From Oscillospiraceae bacterium (GTDB lineage: Bacteria; Bacillota_I; Bacilli_A; RFN20; CAG-826), in NCBI GenBank assembly GCA_963647095.1, contig CAVIYC010000001.1, forward strand, positions 1-44,024: a DNA stretch of 44,024 nt, read 5' to 3'. Below, in pieces: positions 33,779-40,869 of the stretch. A program made the translations under genes and the position numbers. Numbering within the stretch: position 1 is the stretch's first letter; each line of letters opens with the position of its first letter. A model generated the notes under the pieces. It worked only from the letters and a program-made list of their open reading frames with translations. It was not told the DNA's origin and did not search any database.

Positions 33779-34373
33779 ATTCTACATAGAAGATGTTGAC
33801 GGCCCTTTCGTTGCCTTCGCCGGAAGATTCGGTTTTGATGTTCTTCCAACCGGTCAAGGTGTTATGGACGATTCTTCTTTCGTCCGGGGTCATCGGATCC
33901 AATTGGACCGGATATTTGGTCTTGATGACCTCTTCCGCGGCGCGCTTGGCTAAGTAGGCTATGCGGGAATATCTGTCTTCCTTATAACCTCCGACGTCGA
34001 GAAGGATTCTATAGCGGTGGCGGAATTTGTTGGAGACGGCAAGCCTTACCAATTCATTCAAAGCTTGCAGGGTTCGGCCTCCTTTGCCGATTAAGACCGG
34101 ATTTCTCTTGGAATCGATATTTAAGCGGATAAGGCCGTCATCGATGGTGGCGGAGGTGGTTATCTCGACTCCCATCGCCCCCAAAACGTCTTTCAGATAA
34201 GATTCGGCGTAAGAAACCGCGTCCTCTTCGGTATAAACCTCGATGCGGGCTTTCTTGAACAATCCGCCTTTTTCTTCGACGACTTTATAAAGCAAACGAT
34301 TGGTTGGAATTCCAAGTTCCAAGCAAGCGTTGTTGACGCATTCGTCAACGGTTTTGCTCACGTATTCTTTCAT
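33777..34373 (-). CDS. jag: Jag/KhpB RNA-binding protein (Jag_N-KH-R3H)
   Basis: Starts MKEYVSKTVDECVNNA, with a KH-like LIGKGGRTLQALN and an R3H segment LDPMTPDERRIVHNTL. ATG 34373 forms an ATGA overlap with the yidC stop. The ORF-track start at 34466 is an extension inside yidC. Confidence 0.88.
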   Translation of the reverse strand: MKEYVSKTVDECVNNACLELGIPTNRLLYKVVEEKGGLFKKARIEVYTEEDAVSYAESYLKDVLGAMGVEITTSATIDDGLIRLNIDSKRNPVLIGKGGRTLQALNELVRLAVSNKFRHRYRILLDVGGYKEDRYSRIAYLAKRAAEEVIKTKYPVQLDPMTPDERRIVHNTLTGWKNIKTESSGEGNERAVNIFYVE

Positions 34374-35956
34374 GCTTGTTTCTTCTTTCCTTTGTTTTTG
34401 CGGGCCTTCATGATGGCTTGGATGACCAAAGTCTGGATGATGGAGATTATGGCGCCGATTGCCCAATAAGCACCCATGGCGCTAGGCAAAGACAAACCTA
34501 AGATCGCGGTGAAGATAAACATGACCCAAGCGATGGTTTTGCTTTGGCTTTGTTGTTTATCCCCAGCTGGATTGGCGGTCAATTTCTCGATTTTGTCAGC
34601 CTTTTTCTTATTTATCCATTGCGGCAATTTCATGGAAACGAACTGGAATCCGATCATCAAGATATAAAGGACCAAAGCCGTCCACCAGCCATTTCCATTG
34701 GTGGTGAAGTTGCCTTTCGGTTGGGTGATGACGCTCAAGATGGTGTCGCTTAAATGCAACCCCAAGAAGGAACCGGTGCTTAAAGCGGCGGATCCGCGGA
34801 AGGCGCCCCAAACGCCCATGAATAACGGGAGTTGGATAATCAAGGTGATGATGGATGAGAACGGGCTAACCTTATTCCTCTTATAAAGAGCTTGGGTTTC
34901 CTGGGCCAAACGCTGTTTTTGGGCTTGGTTCTCGTTGCTGTTTGGATATTTCTGCTGGATGCGGGCGACATCTCCTTGGAGAGCCTGCATCTTTTGCTGG
35001 TCGATGGTTCCTTTCATCGTGACGAGCATCAAGAAGATACGGACGATGAAGGTGACGATGACCAAGGACAATATCTGTCCAACGCCGGACAAAGAAGGAT
35101 CGATGGCGTTGGCGAAATAGTCGGTCAGATAAGCGACCGGATAGGAGATCAAACCAGCGATGAAGCCTTGCTTCCAAGCATAAGCCCAAGTCTTGTTCTC
35201 GATATCGACGGTCCAGTCTTTGTTATCGCCATAGGCTCCGTATTGAGAGCCGGAGATGGTGGAAATACAAGAGGTGTTGGCGTTGATTTGCTTGGTGATG
35301 GAGCTTTCGTAGGCGCTCAGGAATTCGGTGGTTGGCGCGCCGGTGATGCCCATTCCCTGTTCGGTGGAGTATTTGGCTTCTTGGACCCACTTCTCGATAT
35401 TGGCGAACAAAGTGAGTTCCCCTTCGGAATCGGTTCCCAAGAATTTGAGATAGCCGTATTTGCGAAGGATGGAATCTTTGTTGATGGTGGTTCCTTCTCC
35501 GCCGACGGAATCCGCGACGTCATAAGGGTTGATCATGGCGGCGGTGACGCTACTAGTCGAAACGCCGCTGGCGGCGATGGCCGTATCTAAAACCTTTTGG
35601 TCTAAGGTGATCCAGAATTTTTGCGACGGCACCGCATATTTGTTGGTGGTCGCCGAGGAGATGATGGAGTTTAGGTTGCTCGCTTTTTTGGCAGCGAAAT
35701 TCCCGGAAGTATCGACGGGGACATAGGCATAAAGAGTGTCGTTGTCGTCGTAAACTTTCCAAGAAAGGCCTTCGCCCTGATATTCGGTTGGAACAGCGTC
35801 TTTGTCGCAATAAATGGTGACGCCTTGCTCATAAGGATAAGCGATGTGCGCTTTATCGGTCACTGAGCAGAAATCGGCATTGCACCCGCTTAAAAGAACA
35901 GCTCCCGCCAATAAGGCCATGGAACCGAGTAGGGTCTTTTTCGTGCTCTGTTTCAA
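34370..35956 (-). CDS. yidC: Membrane protein insertase YidC/OxaA, lipoprotein type with large N-terminal ectodomain
   Basis: 528 aa with lipobox LLSGC at residues ~21-25, a ~270-aa soluble region, then the YidC core (LSLVIVTFIVRIFL, QKMQALQGDVARIQQKY, PLFMGVW) and a basic tail. The TTG start at 35956 has GGAGA 8 nt upstream. Confidence 0.9.
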   Translation of the reverse strand: MKQSTKKTLLGSMALLAGAVLLSGCNADFCSVTDKAHIAYPYEQGVTIYCDKDAVPTEYQGEGLSWKVYDDNDTLYAYVPVDTSGNFAAKKASNLNSIISSATTNKYAVPSQKFWITLDQKVLDTAIAASGVSTSSVTAAMINPYDVADSVGGEGTTINKDSILRKYGYLKFLGTDSEGELTLFANIEKWVQEAKYSTEQGMGITGAPTTEFLSAYESSITKQINANTSCISTISGSQYGAYGDNKDWTVDIENKTWAYAWKQGFIAGLISYPVAYLTDYFANAIDPSLSGVGQILSLVIVTFIVRIFLMLVTMKGTIDQQKMQALQGDVARIQQKYPNSNENQAQKQRLAQETQALYKRNKVSPFSSIITLIIQLPLFMGVWGAFRGSAALSTGSFLGLHLSDTILSVITQPKGNFTTNGNGWWTALVLYILMIGFQFVSMKLPQWINKKKADKIEKLTANPAGDKQQSQSKTIAWVMFIFTAILGLSLPSAMGAYWAIGAIISIIQTLVIQAIMKARKNKGKKKQA

Positions 35957-35960
35957 TTTT

Positions 35961-36287
35961 TTAATCTCCGATTGTGGTGAGGGCGCGTTTTAGTTCCTCC
36001 CGGATCTCGTTGCGATTCTCGGGTTTGTAGTTCGGCCTCACTATGATAATTAAGTCGAATGGGTAGTCGGTGCTGAATATCTCGTCGCAGATAGCGCGAA
36101 CTTGTCGCTTTATGCGCACCCTTTGCACCGCTCCGCCGTTTTTCTTCCCAACGCTGATTCCGATTCGGATCGATGGGGTTTCTTTTTTCACCCAATATAT
36201 GGTGGAGAATTCGCCCCTAACGCAGTTGTGTTTGTGGATTATTTCGGAAAATTCTTCGTGGGAATGGACGCGGTTTGTCTTCTTCAT
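35961..36287 (-). CDS. rnpA: Ribonuclease P protein component
   Basis: 108 aa with the basic RNR-like block GISVGKKNGGAVQRVRIKRQVR. Conserved rpmH-rnpA order. Confidence 0.9.
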   Translation of the reverse strand: MKKTNRVHSHEEFSEIIHKHNCVRGEFSTIYWVKKETPSIRIGISVGKKNGGAVQRVRIKRQVRAICDEIFSTDYPFDLIIIVRPNYKPENRNEIREELKRALTTIGD

Positions 36288-36294
36288 TCAAAAA

Positions 36295-36429
36295 TTAGGC
36301 GGCGATTTGGGCTCTGCCTTTGGCACGGCGACGGGCAAGGACTTTGCGGCCGTTGTTGGTTTTCATGCGAGCGCGGAATCCGGCTTTGTGGGCGTGTTTG
36401 ATTTTGGATGGCTGGTAAGTCTTTTTCAT
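36295..36429 (-). CDS. rpmH: 50S ribosomal protein L34
   Basis: Absent from the ORF track (44 aa). My translation is [49 protein letters not shown] lies 8 nt upstream of the ATG. Confidence 0.95.
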   Translation of the reverse strand: MKKTYQPSKIKHAHKAGFRARMKTNNGRKVLARRRAKGRAQIAA

Positions 36430-36466
36430 ATTGTTTTCCTCCGAGGTGTACTAACTATGCTTGGGA

Positions 36467-36495
36467 ATTATATAGACAAAGGCGGGCATAAGCAA
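36467..36495 (-). promoter_or_regulatory. rpmH promoter TTGCTT-17 nt-TATAAT
   Basis: The minus strand reads gtgtTTGCTTatgcccgcctttgtctaTATAATtccc. Confidence 0.55.
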
Positions 36496-36590
36496 ACACA
36501 AAAGCGCGTGAGGGTGCGTGTGTGAGAGGGCTTTTTGTTTGCTTGGAAGGTGATTTCGCCAAGAATTGTTACACTGTCAAAAATAAAAAC

Positions 36591-36791
36591 TTATCCACAT
36601 TCGGCGTTTCCGTTCGTCCACCTCCAATTAAAGAACATCGATTGTTGTCAATTTCGTGTTGATAATGTGGATAAGTGGCAAAAATAGTTGGCTTTCGATG
36701 GTTTTAGACTTTATTTTATGTGGAAAAGTTTGTTCAAAAAGCGTTCTCAACATAAATCGTAAAGACTGAGATTTATTAAAAGTTTTCCACT
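36591..36791. other. oriC part 1: DnaA-box cluster upstream of dnaA
   Basis: TTATCCACA at 36591-36599 is a perfect box. TGTGGATAA at 36666-36674 is perfect in inverted orientation. TGTGGAAAA at 36719-36727 matches 8/9. TTTTCCACT at 36783-36791 matches 7/9. All lie in the 374-nt (36430-36803) AT-rich rpmH-dnaA spacer. Confidence 0.75.
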
Positions 36792-36860
36792 TTTACCATT
36801 ATTTTGAGTGTTGAAAACCTATTGTCGCACATTGCGCGTCGTGATAATATTTCGGACGTT

Positions 36861-38231
36861 ATGGCACAAAGCATTTCCAAAATGGTGGCGGTTTGGGACA
36901 ACGCCCTTAAAACAATCAAGTCCCAAATGAACGACAGACAAGCTTTCGACACGTTTTTCGGAGGCACTTACGTTGACAAAATAACCGATAGAGAAATGGT
37001 TGTTGTTGCCAGCACGAATTTGGCTTGCTCGCTTTTAAAAGAAAATTTCATGAAGCTCATTCGCAAAGCTTTGGAAGGGCAAGTCCCCGAATCAACCGAA
37101 ATAACCTTCATTTGCAAATCTGATGAGCAAAAATCCGAAGAATCGGCAAAACCGCAAACCAGATCATTCTTCGCAGATTCTAAAATTAATAGGAAATACA
37201 CTTTTGATAATTTTATTAACGGACCATCAAATAAAGCGGCATATCAAGCGGCAATTTTCGTGGCGTCGAACCCGGGTGCTTTATACAATCCTTTGCTTAT
37301 TTTCGGTGGATCCGGACTTGGAAAAACGCATTTGTTGCACGCGATCGGAAACCAAATCAGAGAAAAGAATCCTTGGGCCAATGTTTTGTACGTGACCACC
37401 CAAGACTTCTTTGACGAATATGTCCATTATGTCAGAGGAGAGCAAGAAGGCGAATCTCTCAAAGCGTTCTTCAAACGTTCTGTCGACGTTTTGTTGGTTG
37501 ACGATATTCAGTTCTTGGTTGGCAAGAGGGGGACCGAAGAAATGTTCTTCTCCGTCTTTCAAGCTTTGTATGTCGCCGGAAAGCAAATCGTCATCACCTG
37601 CGATCAATTGCCTTCCAAATTGCAGGGTTTGGACGAACGTCTCAGAACCCGTTTTGAGCAAGGTTTGCCAGTTTCGGTGGGGAAACCGACCAAAGAAACC
37701 TGCGAAGCCATCGTAAAGAACAAAATCATCGATGCCGGCTTGGATGTTTCGTGTTTGGACCCGGAGGTTTTGTCTTATTTCAGCTCCCGTTTCAATTCCA
37801 ACGTCAGAGAATTGGAAGGCGCGGTAAACCGTTTGGTCTTCTATGTGCAAAACATCGAAAACAAAGATTACATCGACTTAAAAACCGCGATTGATTCGGT
37901 GAGAAGCTTAGTGGATGGAAAATCCGACGAAAACGCCGCCTCAATCCAAAAAGTCATAGATGTCGTGGCGGAATACTATCATTTGCCCAGCGAGCAATTG
38001 ATATCCAAGTCGAGAACCGCCCAAATCGCCTTGGCAAGACACGTCGCCATGTATTTGTGCAGGGTTTTGCTGGACTCTCCATATAAGAAAATAGGCGAGG
38101 CTTTTGGCGGCAGAGACCACGCGACTGTTATCAACGGCATCAAGAATGTGGAAACGATGTTGAAAGAAACCCCGTCTCTCCAAGCCGTTTTGGATGACTT
38201 ATCGGCGAAAATAAAACCAAACGATAAGTAA
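36861..38231 (+). CDS. dnaA: Chromosomal replication initiator DnaA
   Basis: ORF 36804..38231 starts at TTG. I prefer ATG 36861 (MAQSISKMVAVWDNALKTIK) because the Trp position matches other DnaA N-termini and TGATAATAT (36842-36850) lies 10 nt upstream. It has Walker A GGSGLGKTHLLHAIG, box VII and the C-terminal DNA-binding segment DHATVINGIKNVE. Confidence 0.95.
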   Translation: MAQSISKMVAVWDNALKTIKSQMNDRQAFDTFFGGTYVDKITDREMVVVASTNLACSLLKENFMKLIRKALEGQVPESTEITFICKSDEQKSEESAKPQTRSFFADSKINRKYTFDNFINGPSNKAAYQAAIFVASNPGALYNPLLIFGGSGLGKTHLLHAIGNQIREKNPWANVLYVTTQDFFDEYVHYVRGEQEGESLKAFFKRSVDVLLVDDIQFLVGKRGTEEMFFSVFQALYVAGKQIVITCDQLPSKLQGLDERLRTRFEQGLPVSVGKPTKETCEAIVKNKIIDAGLDVSCLDPEVLSYFSSRFNSNVRELEGAVNRLVFYVQNIENKDYIDLKTAIDSVRSLVDGKSDENAASIQKVIDVVAEYYHLPSEQLISKSRTAQIALARHVAMYLCRVLLDSPYKKIGEAFGGRDHATVINGIKNVETMLKETPSLQAVLDDLSAKIKPNDK

Positions 38232-38291
38232 ACCTATCAATAGATAGGTGGGTATGTTAAAATACATCATCGTCAAAAACGGTTCGTGATG

Positions 38292-38331
38292 TTATCAACA
38301 TATCCACACGACCTTATTATTAGTCTTATTT
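38292..38331. other. oriC part 2: two DnaA boxes, GC spacer and trinucleotide (DnaA-trio-like) repeats
   Basis: TTATCAACA (38292-38300) and ATATCCACA (38300-38308) each match 8/9. CGACC follows, then TTA TTA TTA GTC TTA TTT (38314-38331), which reads 3'-AAT AAT AAT CAG AAT AAA-5' on the other strand. An AT/purine-rich run extends to the dnaN Shine-Dalgarno sequence. Confidence 0.6.
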
Positions 38332-38365
38332 CTTTGAAAAGAGAAAAAGAAGAAAGGAAATATAG

Positions 38366-39487
38366 ATGCGCTTCACGATTGACAAAGAATCATTTTTGAA
38401 AGGATTGGGAATTGCCAGCCACGCCATAGGGGGCAAAAACGCCAATCCGATACTTCTGTATTTCAAATTAGAGATAACCAATGATGGATTGAACATCGTG
38501 GGATACAACCAAGAAATCGGCATTTCCACCTCAATTCCATTCGAGAGTGACGGAAAAACGCTCATCCGCGATTATTCGTTGGGCGCGACGTTGTTGCAGG
38601 CTAAATTGCTCAACGACGTTTCCCGCAGAATGGAAGGAAATGAAATATCGATAGAAATCATCGACGGATCCATTGCGAAAATCGATGATGGCAAATCCAG
38701 TTTCAAACTTTATTGCTTGGGCGCCGAAGAATACCCTGACGTGGATTTCACCTCCTCGTCCTCGGCCTTCGAGATCCCTGCCGCAACCCTCGCCCAATTG
38801 GTGGAACAAACCGCCTTTGCCGCGATGGCCAAAGACGGCAAACCCATCTTGGCCGCCATCAACCTCAAGCAAGAAAACGGTGAAATCGTGGCCACGGCCA
38901 CCGATGCGGCCAGACTTTCCCGCAAATCCGCGGAATTGGACGGAGTTTCCGTGCTGTCCGCCAATTTGCCGGCCAAAATCCTTTCCGATATCGTCCGCTT
39001 GCCCGATCCTCGCGACGTCATCCAAGTGTCCTTGAACACAGATTCCGTCATCTTCGAATTCGGCACCACCGCGGTGTCTTCGAGGCTCATCCCCGGACAA
39101 TATCCGGTTTCCGGCGCCATCATCCCGCACAACTTCAACCATTTCCTCGAAGTCAACGCCAAAGAGATGCTCTCGGCCATCGATCGTTTGTCGGTTTTGT
39201 GCCAAGGGGCGGCACCGGTCGTCAAACTCACCATGTCCGAACACGGCGTAGAAGTGTCTGGCGCCAACGCTCAGACCGGTTCCGGCGTCGAACGCATAAA
39301 CACTTATCAATATTCCGGCGACCGCCTGGAGATAGCCTTTAATAGCGTCTTCGTCTGCGATGCCATAAAAGCCTTGGGTTCGGAAGACGTGAACTTCAAT
39401 TTCGTCGGAGAAATGAAGCCGTTCGTCATCAAAAACCCCAACGACGACTCCATCGTCGAGCTCATCACCCCGATGAGAACCAGGTAA
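38366..39487 (+). CDS. dnaN: DNA polymerase III beta sliding clamp
   Basis: 373 aa starting MRFTIDKESFLKGL, with a three-domain clamp length and the C-terminal block ...KPFVIKNPNDDSIVELITPMRTR. Position is immediately after dnaA. Confidence 0.95.
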   Translation: MRFTIDKESFLKGLGIASHAIGGKNANPILLYFKLEITNDGLNIVGYNQEIGISTSIPFESDGKTLIRDYSLGATLLQAKLLNDVSRRMEGNEISIEIIDGSIAKIDDGKSSFKLYCLGAEEYPDVDFTSSSSAFEIPAATLAQLVEQTAFAAMAKDGKPILAAINLKQENGEIVATATDAARLSRKSAELDGVSVLSANLPAKILSDIVRLPDPRDVIQVSLNTDSVIFEFGTTAVSSRLIPGQYPVSGAIIPHNFNHFLEVNAKEMLSAIDRLSVLCQGAAPVVKLTMSEHGVEVSGANAQTGSGVERINTYQYSGDRLEIAFNSVFVCDAIKALGSEDVNFNFVGEMKPFVIKNPNDDSIVELITPMRTR

Positions 39488-39502
39488 GGTTAAAAATAAG
39501 CC

Positions 39503-39533
39503 AAAAAGGAGTGCTTAGGGCATTCCTTTTTTT
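39503..39533 (+). terminator. Rho-independent terminator after dnaN
   Basis: AAAAAGGAGTGC-ttagg-GCATTCCTTTTT has one G-U pair and is followed by further T residues. Confidence 0.7.
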
Positions 39534-39583
39534 ACTACTTAGTAGTAAACTATACCCAAGGCGTTTAAGGCCTATTTTGAGTT

Positions 39584-39799
39584 ATGGAAAGAAAAATATC
39601 TATCACGACCGATTACATCACCTTAGGGCAGCTTCTAAAGCTCTCTGACGTGATTTCTCAAGGAGGTGAAGCGAAGTCTTTCCTGCTCAGCCACGAAATC
39701 TTGGTCAACGGCGAGACCGACAACAGACGAGGAAGGAAAATCAGAACGGGCGACGAAGTGAAAATCCCCGATCTGAATCTGGCCATCAAGCTCGTATGA
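39584..39799 (+). CDS. yaaA: S4-domain RNA-binding protein YaaA
   Basis: 71 aa with ITLGQLLKLSDVISQGGEAKSFL...VNGE..RRGRKIRTGDEV. Conserved position between dnaN and recF. Confidence 0.8.
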   Translation: MERKISITTDYITLGQLLKLSDVISQGGEAKSFLLSHEILVNGETDNRRGRKIRTGDEVKIPDLNLAIKLV

Positions 39800-40869
39800 T
39801 TCTCACCGAACTGACATTGGTCAATTGGCGAAACCACGGGAAGCTGACCATTAGGCCAAAAGACGGGATGAACGCAATCGTCGGAGAAAACGGATCCGGC
39901 AAGACGAACTTGGCCGAATCCATTTATTACCTCTCGTTCGGAAGAACCTGGAGGGGGCTAAGCAACGACGAGCTCATCAAAGATGGCGAAAGCGAGGCTT
40001 ATCTCTCCGCCACGCTGAAAGACGGCGGAAGCGTTAAGAAAATCGACGTCGCCCTGAGCAAAGGCCATAGGACCATCTCGCTAAACGGCAAGCCGATAAG
40101 ACGACTCAGCGACTTGTCCAAAGCCGCCAACGTCATCGCCTTCTCTCCGAAAGACACGACCATCTTCTCCGGCCCGCCCGCCGAAAGAAGGGCGTTCTTG
40201 GACAAAGCGATAGCCAAAGAGGATCCGAGTCACATCCAAAGCCTCAACGACTTCGCCAAGATCCTAACCGAGAGAAACGCCTTGCTGAAAGATGAGTGTC
40301 GGGACGAAAGGTATCTATCCGTTCTGACCGAAAGCCTCATCGAAACGGAAATCCCCATCTTGGAACGCCGAAAAAGCTACATCGAAAAGCTTGAGCCAAC
40401 CTTGAAAGAGGTGGCCAAAGCGATATTCGGCGCGGAAAGGGGGGTATCCGTTAGCTACAACCCCTTCGTCGATGAATTCGCGAAAGACGCGATATCGTCG
40501 ATGTATCAAGAATCGTTGCCGCTAGACAAGATTCGGGGATCCACCACCAAAGGCATCCACAAAGACGACTTCACCGTCACTTTGGACGGAAGGGAAGTCG
40601 GAACCTACGGAAGCCAAGGAGAGAACAGGATATTGTCTCTCTCAATGCACCTATCGCCTTACTTCTTGGCCAAAGAAAAAGGCAAAGAACCAATCGTGGT
40701 TCTGGACGACGTTTACAGCGAGTTGGACGAAAAACACGCGAAAAACCTGACCGAATTGCTGAAACATATGGGTCAGACGTTCGTCACCACCACGGACAAA
40801 CAAATCGAAAACGCCTCGATAATCGAGGTTGCGAGCTACCATAAGGAGGAAACATATGGCAGACAATAA
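39796..40869 (+). CDS. recF: DNA replication and repair protein RecF
   Basis: 357 aa with Walker A GENGSGKTNLAESIYY, signature GSQGENR and Walker B VVLDDVYSELD. Confidence 0.93.
   Translation: MILTELTLVNWRNHGKLTIRPKDGMNAIVGENGSGKTNLAESIYYLSFGRTWRGLSNDELIKDGESEAYLSATLKDGGSVKKIDVALSKGHRTISLNGKPIRRLSDLSKAANVIAFSPKDTTIFSGPPAERRAFLDKAIAKEDPSHIQSLNDFAKILTERNALLKDECRDERYLSVLTESLIETEIPILERRKSYIEKLEPTLKEVAKAIFGAERGVSVSYNPFVDEFAKDAISSMYQESLPLDKIRGSTTKGIHKDDFTVTLDGREVGTYGSQGENRILSLSMHLSPYFLAKEKGKEPIVVLDDVYSELDEKHAKNLTELLKHMGQTFVTTTDKQIENASIIEVASYHKEETYGRQ

Noticed and set aside
38232-38249. Hairpin ACCTATC-aata-GATAGGT immediately after the dnaA stop, considered as a possible terminator.
   Set aside because: The stem is only 7 bp and AT-rich, and no U-tract follows. 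dnaN lacks an obvious independent strong promoter, so read-through is expected.
39533-39547. 15-nt palindrome TACTACTTAGTAGTA just after the dnaN terminator.
   Set aside because: It is short and AT-rich, and it cannot form a hairpin because the loop would be 1 nt. It is plausibly a chance occurrence in an AT-rich spacer, and I saw no second copy.
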